64,000 nucleotides of DNA from assembly GCA_965261395.1 (NCBI GenBank), contig OZ253462.1, positions 672,001-736,000 of the forward strand. The letters are read 5' to 3'. The position numbers and the translations under genes were made by a program. Origin of the DNA: Candidatus Latescibacterota bacterium. GTDB taxonomy: Bacteria; Latescibacterota; UBA2968; UBA8231. Of this stretch, positions 49,170 through 58,255 are shown piece after piece (position 1 is the stretch's first letter; each line of letters opens with the position of its first letter). The notes beneath the pieces were generated by a model that was not told where the DNA came from, made no database searches, and worked only from the letters and a program-made list of their open reading frames with translations.

Positions 49170-50123
49170 ATGAGACTAACACCAGCCCAACTCGACCAGT
49201 TTTACCGCGACGGCTACATCATCGTCCCCGACCTGTTCACTGCCGACGAGATGGACGCCGCCCTAGCGGCGATGGAACAGACTTTCTACGGCCAATTCTT
49301 CCAGCAGTGGCTGACCGATTGCGACCAAGGCGATGCCTCCGGGGTCTCGGACGGCTTCACCACCACGCACGACCACTCCGAGGGCCGCTCGCAATTTCCC
49401 GTGGGTGCGCCAGCCTTGGATCGGCTAATAGAAAACGAGACCTACCTCGACATTTTCGAGCAATGTCTGGGCGCAAAAGCCAGCTACTGCAACGCCCACC
49501 TCTTCATGCGCTCGGGGCCTACCGACAAGCGCCATCCCGACAACCCTTGGGAGGGCTACCACATTGACCACTACACCAATTGCCTGCTGCCGCCCTACGA
49601 CCAAACAGGCCGTTTCGACTACGTCAATTCGGGGGTGTATCTGCACGATGTCGAAGACGACGGTGCCCCCATGCAGATCATCCCCGGCTCGCACAAAGTA
49701 GCTGGCCCCGCTTTTGTGCGGGCGCTTGCCCAAGGCAACGCCACGGGTGGGTCCTTCAAGGACCTGCGCCAAGCCACCGAACTAGCCGCTCCGGTCCCCG
49801 CTACCGGTCGGCGCGGGGCGGCTGCCTTCTACTCGTCGTATCTGGTACACGCGGCGCAACCCTTTGCCAATAAGCGCAAGCAGCGCGCCTTTTGGACTTT
49901 GTCCATGTGCCGCCGCGACAACGATCGCTGGACCCGGTTCGCCAATCCCTTCATCTACGGCGAACGCGAGCACATGTTGCCCTTTTTCACGGCCACCACG
50001 CCCCGGGTGCGCGGCCTGTTCGGCTGGCCCGAACCCGGCCACCCGTACTTCACCAGCCAAACCCTGGAACTTTTGCAGCATACCCTACCTGGCATTGATA
50101 CAGGTCCCTATCGCGAAAGTTGA
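49170..50123 (+). CDS. PhyH family protein
   Basis: QFYRDGYI, YHID, IPGSH, LVHAA, R motif. Confidence 0.85.
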   Translation: MRLTPAQLDQFYRDGYIIVPDLFTADEMDAALAAMEQTFYGQFFQQWLTDCDQGDASGVSDGFTTTHDHSEGRSQFPVGAPALDRLIENETYLDIFEQCLGAKASYCNAHLFMRSGPTDKRHPDNPWEGYHIDHYTNCLLPPYDQTGRFDYVNSGVYLHDVEDDGAPMQIIPGSHKVAGPAFVRALAQGNATGGSFKDLRQATELAAPVPATGRRGAAAFYSSYLVHAAQPFANKRKQRAFWTLSMCRRDNDRWTRFANPFIYGEREHMLPFFTATTPRVRGLFGWPEPGHPYFTSQTLELLQHTLPGIDTGPYRES

Positions 50124-50162
50124 AAGATTGCCAACTGTGGATCGAAAGGTCGTCTCCCATCT

Positions 50163-51080
50163 ATGGCTCCGACAATCACCCTGCGACAAAAAGTAAAAGT
50201 AATAGAAGGGGCTCAAAAAGGTCCCAACCTGCTGATCCTAGGCGGCGTCCACGGCGATGAGTTCGAGTCTATGGCAGCCATTCGCCGCCTGCTAGACCAC
50301 CTCGACCCAGCGGCTTTGCGGGGTCGCCTCACCGCCATCCCCGTAGTCAACGAGGCGGCCTATTGGCGCGGCCAGCGCACAGCCGAGGACGAGCTGGACT
50401 TGGCCCGCACCTGCCCGGGCCGGGCTGACGGCTCGATCACCGAGCGCACGGCCCACGCCGTCAGCCAGGAAATCCGCCGGGCCGACTATCTCATTGACCT
50501 ACACAGCGGCGGGCTAGTCATGGAATTCTATCCCACCGTGGGGTACACCCTGCATCCCGATAAAGCCATCCTCGATGTGCAACGACGCATGGCCCGAGCA
50601 CTGAATATGCCCATCATCTGGGGCACCTCGGCCCGGCTCGACGGACGCACACTCTCGGTGGCCCGCGACGCCAACGTGCCGGCCATCTACGCCGAGTGGA
50701 TGGGGGGTGGCACGTGCGATCCCCGAGGCGCGGATGCTTATTTCGAGGGCTGCTTAAACGTCTTGGCCGAACTAGGTATGATCGACCGCGCTCTGCCGCC
50801 CCTGCGCACCGAGTACACCATAGAGGACGACCGCGACAACGCAGGTCACATACAGATCAATTACCCGGCACCCTTTGCCGGTTATTTTGAGCCCCAAGTA
50901 ACATTGAAAGCGCCCGTGCAACCGGGCGATGTGATCGGCACGGTGGTCGATCATCTAGGACAGCGGCGCGAGGAAGTCGTATCGACCCAAGCGGGCTTGA
51001 TCCTGTGTCTGCGGGTCTTCAACCGCGTCCACCAAGGCGACAGCTTGGCCGCGGTTTTGGAACTCGACCCTTCCCAATGA
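50163..51080 (+). CDS. Succinylglutamate desuccinylase/aspartoacylase family protein
   Basis: GGVHGDE, DLARTCPG, IDLHSG, YAEW; C-terminal lipoyl-like domain. Confidence 0.9.
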   Translation: MAPTITLRQKVKVIEGAQKGPNLLILGGVHGDEFESMAAIRRLLDHLDPAALRGRLTAIPVVNEAAYWRGQRTAEDELDLARTCPGRADGSITERTAHAVSQEIRRADYLIDLHSGGLVMEFYPTVGYTLHPDKAILDVQRRMARALNMPIIWGTSARLDGRTLSVARDANVPAIYAEWMGGGTCDPRGADAYFEGCLNVLAELGMIDRALPPLRTEYTIEDDRDNAGHIQINYPAPFAGYFEPQVTLKAPVQPGDVIGTVVDHLGQRREEVVSTQAGLILCLRVFNRVHQGDSLAAVLELDPSQ

Positions 51081-52411
51081 TCACCTGTTCCGCGCCGCTG
51101 GACTCTCGCCGTTTCCAGGCCGCGCTACTGCTTCTTTTAGGCCCCCTGTTCATCGGGGTCTCCTTTGTCCTTATGCTGCGACGGGTGGAACCTGTGACCA
51201 CCTTGTTTTATCTGTGCGCTTGGTACGGTACCATTTGGACCCTAGATCGACTCATCCAGTGGCGGGAAGGGCGCTCGCTCATCGCCCGCTGCGGTCCTGC
51301 TTTTTTGCTGATCCTTTTTTGGTCCGCGGTAGTGTGGTACGCTTTCGAGTTGATCAATTTCCGTCTGCAAAACTGGTATTATATCTTCGTCCTCGACCAT
51401 CCTGTTTTGCAGACGCTGAACGCCTTCTTCTCCTTTGCCACTGTTTTTCCCGGTCTGCTGTGGTTGGAATATTACTTGGGGCTGCGCGGCGTAGCTGCCG
51501 GTTGGCAAGGCCGTCGTTGGCCGCTAAACCCCCGTCGCCTAATTCTCCTACAAATAGCCGGACTGATCGGGCTAGTGCTGGTCCTTTTGTGGCCGCGCTA
51601 CTTCTTCCCGCTCATTTGGCTCGCCTTTATCCTGCTCTTGGCTCCCGTCGAATATCGCCGCCTGCCCAACAGCTTGCTGCATCAATTGGCACGCGGCGAC
51701 TACGCCCCATTGACCCGCCAGTTGCTGGCTGGATTCATCGCCGGTGGTCTGTGGGAGTTCTTCAACTACTGGGCCCAAGTCAAGTGGATCTACACAGTGC
51801 CTTTCTTTTCAGAATTGAAACTCTTTGAAATGCCGCTGGCCGGCTTTTTGGGCTTTCCTCCCTTTGCCGTGGAATGCGCTCTAGTCTATCGCCTGTTGGT
51901 CTGGTACAGATTAGCACCACCATTGGGAGCGCACCGAGACCAGCGACCGGGGCCGACCAAGTTCTGGAGTGCGCTCGTCGTCCTTTTGGCCGCGGCTTTC
52001 GCCCTGACGGTCAACCACTACATACACTTGAATATCGGCTCGGTGAAGCCGCGCTTGGCCAAAGTGGACAGTCTGGATACCACTGCCCGCGCTTTTTTGC
52101 AGGACAAAGGCATCGTCTATCTGACCGATTTAGAAGCTGGAGGATCGGCGGAAATTTGGCGGCAAATGGAAGGAGAATTGGGCCGTGAACGCACCCAATC
52201 TACCCGCAGCCGCATCGAACTATACCTGCACCAAGGCATTGGGGTAGCATACGGCAATCTGCTAGTCAAAGCCGGGATCCGTTCACTGGCGGATTTGGCT
52301 ACCTCATCTGCCGAGCAAGTAGAGGAGCGGATAAACGCGCTTTCCGGGAATGTCCGACGGCCCACCCCAGTGCAAATTCGCCTGTGGATCCGGCGGGTTC
52401 CAAGCCCTTGA
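51077..52411 (+). CDS. Integral membrane protein with a C-terminal DUF4332-like HhH domain
   Basis: Multiple TMs; WEFFNYWA..KWIY..LFEMPLAGFLGFPPFA; GIGVAYGNLLVKAGIRSLADLA. Confidence 0.75.
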   Translation: MITCSAPLDSRRFQAALLLLLGPLFIGVSFVLMLRRVEPVTTLFYLCAWYGTIWTLDRLIQWREGRSLIARCGPAFLLILFWSAVVWYAFELINFRLQNWYYIFVLDHPVLQTLNAFFSFATVFPGLLWLEYYLGLRGVAAGWQGRRWPLNPRRLILLQIAGLIGLVLVLLWPRYFFPLIWLAFILLLAPVEYRRLPNSLLHQLARGDYAPLTRQLLAGFIAGGLWEFFNYWAQVKWIYTVPFFSELKLFEMPLAGFLGFPPFAVECALVYRLLVWYRLAPPLGAHRDQRPGPTKFWSALVVLLAAAFALTVNHYIHLNIGSVKPRLAKVDSLDTTARAFLQDKGIVYLTDLEAGGSAEIWRQMEGELGRERTQSTRSRIELYLHQGIGVAYGNLLVKAGIRSLADLATSSAEQVEERINALSGNVRRPTPVQIRLWIRRVPSP

Positions 52412-52565
52412 CTACCCAAACCGGGCGATCCGGCCGAAGGGGGAATTGCCATTGCACGTCGGTCGGATTGGCCGGATATTGATTCGCCGATTTGCCGTAA
52501 TCGTACGCAATCAGCCCCCGCGATGGACGGGGCGCACCGCATTGGAGGAAACAAGGGAGTAACAC

Positions 52566-53495
52566 ATGTTTCGCGAAGCAATCGGTTTATTCGTCCCTGA
52601 ACCAACGGCCAAACTCTACATCCCCAAGAACAGTGGTCTGCATGAGTATGTGAACAATCTCCTGAGTGAAGTTGGCGTTAGCGACAGAGGCGAATTCACT
52701 CGCACTGACGAGAGCGCGGGAACCCTCGAAATAATATCGGCGCGCGGTGAGGATGTACCCCAACGGGTTGACGATTGTCTCTTACGTGGAGAAGTCGCGT
52801 ATGGCCTCACTGGAGACGATCTATTCGATGAGTACATGTTGGGTGCTGGGGACTCTCCACTTGGGATCCTCAATACCTACGATTGGTTCGATCCAAGTGC
52901 TCAATTTTATCGGCCGGCCCTTTGTCTGTTAAATCGCGAGGGACGGATTCCAGATTCGTCCGCGATGGTGTCCATTGCCGTGAACAAGAAGTATGAACTG
53001 TCCTCTCGCCAATACCTGTCGCAGCGCTTACAATCCAGCAAACTGCAGATCAGTATCGTTGCTTATGCTGGCGACACGGAAAACACCGTAGCAGAGGGCA
53101 CGCACGACTGGTGTGTCGAGGTGGTGTATCGCGGGGAACGCTCGCCCGCAAGCGCGATGGCCAAGACTGGACTCAAGGTCGCCGAGGTCGTCCGATTCAG
53201 CGATATCTCATTGATCGGACGGGAAATCGTCAATCCTTGGGAAGAGGAGTACCGGAGAATCTCCACGGTCGCGCAAAAGCCCACAGGCTCCAGTACGTCC
53301 AAGCTCCTTGCAGACAGCAATGAGATTTGCAAGAAAGTCGGCGAGGAATCTGCTGAATTTGTGAGGGCGTTTACCCAAGAAACGGGGCTTCCAGAAGAGT
53401 TTAACGGCGTCGTGTATGCGTTGATGGTCGCAGCCGCAAAACTGCACGTTCCCTGGCAGGAAATCGAGGCGGACCTGAAATCTAGGTGGTCGTAA
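52566..53495 (+). CDS. HisG(short)-HisE-like fusion protein
   Basis: N-terminal IPK, RGEDVP..V, GLTGDDL.DE, GDTE (ATP-PRTase-like); C-terminal GSSTSKLL...KKVGEESAE...Y.LMV......W.EI...L..R (HisE-like). Confidence 0.7.
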   Translation: MFREAIGLFVPEPTAKLYIPKNSGLHEYVNNLLSEVGVSDRGEFTRTDESAGTLEIISARGEDVPQRVDDCLLRGEVAYGLTGDDLFDEYMLGAGDSPLGILNTYDWFDPSAQFYRPALCLLNREGRIPDSSAMVSIAVNKKYELSSRQYLSQRLQSSKLQISIVAYAGDTENTVAEGTHDWCVEVVYRGERSPASAMAKTGLKVAEVVRFSDISLIGREIVNPWEEEYRRISTVAQKPTGSSTSKLLADSNEICKKVGEESAEFVRAFTQETGLPEEFNGVVYALMVAAAKLHVPWQEIEADLKSRWS

Positions 53496-53502
53496 TCGAC
53501 CT

Positions 53503-54039
53503 ATGTTGCTGATTAGACATTGTCAGTCCTCAGGGCAAGACCCGGATGCGACGCTGACAGAGACTGGGCGAAAACAGGCAGAAGCACTCGCTGGGTTCTT
53601 GTCCGACTACCCGATCGACATGATCGTCTCCAGCTCCTACAAGCGGGCACAGCAAAGCATTGAACCATTTGCTGCCAAAGTGGGATTGCCTGTTCACTTG
53701 GATCACCGCCTAATTGAACGGACGCTTTCGGGGAGTCCAATTGACAACTGGCGCGAGGTGGTCCGCGATTCATTTGGAGACTTGGAATTGCGAGTACCGG
53801 GCGGCGAATCGGCACGCGAAGTGTTAGACCGAGGCTGGGCCGCCATCACCGAGCTGCTCGACGGTAATCACCGGTTCCCAATTGCGGTAACCCATGGCAA
53901 TCTCTTGAGTCTGATCCTGAACTCACTGGACCCTACTTTCGGCTACGATGGATGGGAATCTCTATCGAATCCAGACGTATTTGCACTCAAAGAAGCCGAC
54001 GATGGGCGATTGGTATTCGAGAGGCTCTGGTCTGAATAG
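53503..54039 (+). CDS. Histidine phosphatase family protein
   Basis: IRHC (RHG-like), LTETGRKQA, SSSYKRAQQS, GGES, VTHG. Confidence 0.9.
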   Translation: MLLIRHCQSSGQDPDATLTETGRKQAEALAGFLSDYPIDMIVSSSYKRAQQSIEPFAAKVGLPVHLDHRLIERTLSGSPIDNWREVVRDSFGDLELRVPGGESAREVLDRGWAAITELLDGNHRFPIAVTHGNLLSLILNSLDPTFGYDGWESLSNPDVFALKEADDGRLVFERLWSE

Positions 54040-54234
54040 GCACTGAGCCGCTTAACAACGCGGTTCGGGCACAGTGGGAAAAGAAGTAGCGGGAAGGAGA
54101 TTGACCTGCGTCACCAGCAGTATTACTGTACAAATATCATCTATCATCACAGTCTGCGTCGTCCCACCGGATACGGCTCTAGGTGGTCGTGAGTTAGAAG
54201 CGGATTTCAGGAATTACCGCGAATAAGGATTGAA

Positions 54235-54504
54235 ATGCCTGAAATTTCCCGATTTTTCGGCATCATAATACGAATGTATGCTGAGCCTCATGTACCTCAT
54301 CACCGACCTCACCTTCACGCTTATTACCAAGAGGACGTTGGCGTATATGCCATTGATACTATTGAACTGATCGCGGGACAACTTCCCCGGCGACAGCAGC
54401 GTCTAATTGAGGCTTGGATGGAGTTACACCATGAAGAATTACTGGCAGATTGGGAGCGATTACAATCAGGTCAAGCACCTTTCAAAATCGACCCTCTTCA
54501 ATAA
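54235..54504 (+). CDS. DUF4160 domain protein (putative toxin)
   Basis: MPEISRFFGIIIRMY..HHRPHLHA..ELLADW..KIDPL. Confidence 0.9.
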   Translation: MPEISRFFGIIIRMYAEPHVPHHRPHLHAYYQEDVGVYAIDTIELIAGQLPRRQQRLIEAWMELHHEELLADWERLQSGQAPFKIDPLQ

Positions 54505-54515
54505 AGGAGATCGAC

Positions 54516-54818
54516 ATGCGTCATCCTATATACCGCGTAATCTTTTTTGAAATACAAGCACCCTATACACTCCGAGTTTGTTTTGACGATGATACGGAAC
54601 AGATTATCGATTTCCAGGCCATATTGGAAGGTGAACTATTCGGTCCACTTCGCGATGTATTCCTATTCAATCAAGTTCGGATTGATCCTGAGGTCCATAC
54701 TCTGGTATGGCCGAATGGGGCTGATTTTGATCCAGCCACTTTACATGATTGGCCCGAGCATCTTCCTGAACTTAAGCGCATGAGCAAGCGTTGGTCTCTC
54801 GTTGAGATGGAGGACTAA
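54516..54818 (+). CDS. DUF2442 domain protein (putative antitoxin)
   Basis: YTLRVCFDD, GELFGPLRD..F.QV, TLVWPNGADFDP..L; AAGGAG RBS. Confidence 0.9.
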   Translation: MRHPIYRVIFFEIQAPYTLRVCFDDDTEQIIDFQAILEGELFGPLRDVFLFNQVRIDPEVHTLVWPNGADFDPATLHDWPEHLPELKRMSKRWSLVEMED

Positions 54819-54878
54819 CGCGGTTTGGCCGATACAGATAATGATTTTTGATGTCGGAATACGAGGAGTAATCAGGTA

Positions 54879-54980
54879 ATGATAAGGGCCATCACGTCAG
54901 AAGACTTGAGAGATTGCGCACGTCTATTCGTGAAGGTTTTCTCCGAATGGGCGTACGAGATGTTGGTACGCCCTGAGTAA
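54879..54980 (+). pseudogene. N-terminal remnant of a GNAT acetyltransferase
   Basis: GAGGAG upstream; MIRAITSEDLRDCARLFVKVFSE then an early stop. Confidence 0.45.
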
Positions 54981-54993
54981 AGAAAGATGGTCC

Positions 54994-55963
54994 ATGCCCA
55001 CGTTCCCTCTCGAATCAATCGGGGTTGGTTCCCAGCTATACCTTACAGCGGCACCCGGTATCGAGCTTGGAACTCGCCTAAATGGCGGCCACTTCAGAGA
55101 CACTGTCGAGCAAGGTGTTGTGACTGATCATGGTTCTATTCTGGAAATTATGTGGGAATTGGTTCGCATGCGCGAATTTCCGTCGCGACCATGCCGATTC
55201 GACGCGCTCTTTCTTTGGCCAGATGAAGTTATCGCACGAGGATGGCATTACCGCCAAGGCTTTTTCGATTCCGAAACAGGCTCACAGCGCGGGCTGTACC
55301 AAGTTGAGGTGGAACGGATTTGTCAAATCTGGGCCGCCGACATGCACTTGATCAGTTACATCCGCGATGGCGAAACAGTTGAGGCGCTGATGCAGCGCGC
55401 GTCAATACTGGAAATCTGTTCCTAGCAAAAATCATCCAGAGATTCTTCTACACGGTCAGGTGATCGTTCGCCAGAATCTGCGTGATTTGGGAATAGAGCG
55501 AATTGTTCCCATACAAGATGCAAGTGTTGATGGGCTGATACGCGAACGCCTTTGGTCCGATTTGTCTGGTCATTCATGCCTGCTGTCGCAGAGCGGTGAC
55601 TCTCGTTACCTATTGAGTCTGCAAATGACCGTGGCAACTGATCTGCCAACGCCGCTGGCCGGCTGGATCGGTCTGGAAATCGAAGGGCTGAATGAGGTAT
55701 TGAAACCGAGACGAGGAAGGGAACCGATTCTTGTGACCGGACATGCACCACTTAGTTACAGACTAGATGATGAGAGTGGTGTTTGCGAAACTCCATATGA
55801 GTTTAAGGATCCAGTAGTAGCTGATGCGGCGAGGGAGTGCGTGCTAGGGAAAAGGCGCTTTCGACCTGTATTGATCTGTAATCGGGAAGCGGCTCACTAC
55901 TGGCAGTTGCCTTCCTATTGGGATGGCCAAATTCCCGGAAATTGGACTACAGGTAAAACATGA
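54994..55963 (+). pseudogene. DUF2441-like protein, frameshifted at 55395-55401
   Basis: ELVRMREFPSRPCRFDALF. The expected tail RQYWK...PEILLHGQVIV lies in the frame of ORF 55460-55963. Confidence 0.6.
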
Positions 55964-56037
55964 GCAAGTTCGCGTACTTTCTCAATTCTTAGTTTAATCT
56001 TTGGCATGGCGTTTTCAGTGAAGCTATTTAGGTCCAC

Positions 56038-56790
56038 TTAGGTGATTTCTATTCTAAATTCACGGTCAGACTTTTTCGCCTGGACATACTGAATATTGCG
56101 CTCCTTGCAGAGAGTCTCTATACAGGACTTGAACCATTTTTCTATTCTTACCCCAAGAATAACACGTGAAATTGGCCACGATAGAGGATATTCTTTATCA
56201 CCACAATCCGTTATTAAGCGCCATTCTTTCTCGTACGCCCATTCCCATGACTTGGTTTTCATCATGAGCCTTATCGTCTCGCCATCTTGGTTAATCAACA
56301 TCTACCCAAGATCGATTGGTGGATAATGCCTTTCATATCTTACCGGCGAACACCTTTCTTCATCGCCAAGATAGTTATTTTCGGCACGGGTAAACTCAAA
56401 GCAAACACCTTTGTGATTTTGTGCATAATGGGACCACATAAGTATTGAATCGCAGACTTCTGACAGGCATACGACTCCTGAGTTCTTGTTTTCTTTTTCG
56501 AAATTTCTAACTATTTCGTTCAATCGTTTCCGTTCTTCTATGGTAAATTTCCCATTGGCATCAAGCTTCGATGTCTTGTATTCGGCAACTTGACTTTCGT
56601 TCCGCCATCGGCGTGCTGCCTCTAAGACACTTTCTTCGGTTATGTCTTTTTCAATCTCCAAATCACAGTCAAATGGATCATTGAATCGCTCTGGTTTTGA
56701 TGCCCAAAGGCGACCGTTGATCAAGATGTCTAATGTATAGGCGTCTGGGGGTTTGTACATGTAAAGTTTCTTGATAAGAGGGTAGAGCAT
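56038..56790 (-). pseudogene. DUF2971 domain protein split by an in-frame TAG
   Basis: FNDPFD, LMWSHYAQNHKGVC, then TAG (56302-56304), then TKSWEWAYEKEWRL in the same frame. Confidence 0.85.
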
Positions 56791-56830
56791 CTATTATGTC
56801 TCCTAACGGTTTTTCACATATACTCAACTT

Positions 56831-58216
56831 CTACCCAAGCTTGCGCTGTTCCGCTTCAATAATTTCCAGTTGCGCCTCTATTGCGGCGTAGTACTCGGGT
56901 AGCGGATCTACCTCATACAGCATGTCAACACCTTGCTGCTGGCAGTTATCGAATAGGATCATGCCCCCCTCACTCGGTTCCTCCATATCCTGTACAGCCT
57001 CTCGAAGGTCGACATAGAAGCTACGCGAGGCTGCATGTTCGGTCTTCAGTTCCTTGGACGCCATTCTATAAAATGTGGTCTTTGCACTTGGAAACATCAT
57101 TCGCTTGAAGAAGCCTTCCTCGGCGACCCCCTCTGTCGCAACTTCTAGGTGCTTCTCAAAAAACAAGTCCATTGCACCTACGACATTATGATACAACTCC
57201 ATAAATGCATCCCGAAACTCGGCAGCGAGATACCGGAGATCCTCAAGAGCTCTGCGAAGATGTCGCTCCTTGACCCATCCGCTGATTCCCTTGCCGGTAA
57301 AGATGCCGGCCAAGCTGCCTAATACTGGTAGAACAACGGCCGATAGGCCCCCTGTCACGGGTGCTAACGCCAGCCCCCAACCAAGCCCAGCCGTGCCTCC
57401 GAGCCAACCGCCAACACCGCTAGCAGTCGCGTCGAGCGCGGTGTGTTCTGCCGCGATCTTCCAGTTTATATCGCCTTTGCGCAATTTATGGATATTCTTA
57501 CATGCGTTGATGGCCAACGAAATGAAGGGAACGCTGTCGATCCCATCTCCGAGGTCGGCAATCCCCTCAAACGTGTCGGCCGTGCTGTGAAATGCTTCTT
57601 GAGAAGAGAGTTCAGAATTGATTACAACTCGGGGGTTGTCGCGGAAGGCGTCGGCCATCTCCCGGTTTGCGATTACGTCGATATCTGGATGCTTGTCGAG
57701 GTGGTCTTGGATATACCGTCGTTCATCTGTGACCTTAACGTTGTACGGCTTCCCATCTATTATATGGTCCCATCCCTCGTTAGTACCTGAACCTGGAGTC
57801 TCGACGTCATGCCCTCTATCTCGGTAATAGTCTGCTACAGCATCCTCGGCGGTGTAGCCCTTATATTTGTCGATCATCCGGTCCCAAGCTTCCGATCCAG
57901 GCTCGGACTTGATGATCTTGCTTTTCATAAAGTCCATGAGGTCACCAAGATTATCGAAGCCTTGTGCGTGGTGCAGATGCTTCATCCCCTCCAGAGCGTT
58001 GGGGTCTAGTTTCATCGTGTTGTATAGCACATCAAACGTGCTTACACCTGTCACGACAGCTCCGTCCACTCCTAACTCTCGCGCTACACTCTTCCGTAGC
58101 GGTTCGTCAACCTTGAGCGTCTTTGTGAGGAAGGCCCGCTGGCGCGACCGATGGAAGTATGAGGCTGTGCTGAGTACGACAGTCGCAACAGCTATACATA
58201 TAAGGATGACTTCCAT
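56831..58216 (-). CDS. Membrane protein with a glycine zipper and a possible nuclease-fold segment
   Basis: N-terminal TM; GYTAE..GWD..YNVK; GVGGWLGGTAGLGWGLALAPVTGG glycine zipper; helical C-terminus. Confidence 0.65.
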   Translation of the reverse strand: MEVILICIAVATVVLSTASYFHRSRQRAFLTKTLKVDEPLRKSVARELGVDGAVVTGVSTFDVLYNTMKLDPNALEGMKHLHHAQGFDNLGDLMDFMKSKIIKSEPGSEAWDRMIDKYKGYTAEDAVADYYRDRGHDVETPGSGTNEGWDHIIDGKPYNVKVTDERRYIQDHLDKHPDIDVIANREMADAFRDNPRVVINSELSSQEAFHSTADTFEGIADLGDGIDSVPFISLAINACKNIHKLRKGDINWKIAAEHTALDATASGVGGWLGGTAGLGWGLALAPVTGGLSAVVLPVLGSLAGIFTGKGISGWVKERHLRRALEDLRYLAAEFRDAFMELYHNVVGAMDLFFEKHLEVATEGVAEEGFFKRMMFPSAKTTFYRMASKELKTEHAASRSFYVDLREAVQDMEEPSEGGMILFDNCQQQGVDMLYEVDPLPEYYAAIEAQLEIIEAEQRKLG

Positions 58217-58255
58217 AGCGCGATTCCTTTTCGCCTCATGTCATGCTGGTACTTA

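Noticed and set aside
43573-52400. Prophage origin for the RNAP-like gene
   Set aside because: No integrase, terminase, structural or replication genes nearby; the neighbours are host-type metabolic genes.
52428-52477. Inverted repeat ATCCGGCC...GGCCGGAT at the island edge as a his attenuator or riboswitch
   Set aside because: No His-rich leader peptide, no U-tract and no recognisable aptamer; the evidence is insufficient.
56302-56304. Pyrrolysine or alternative-code readthrough of TAG
   Set aside because: TAG is used as a normal stop by many genes here, and no pyl genes are present in the window.
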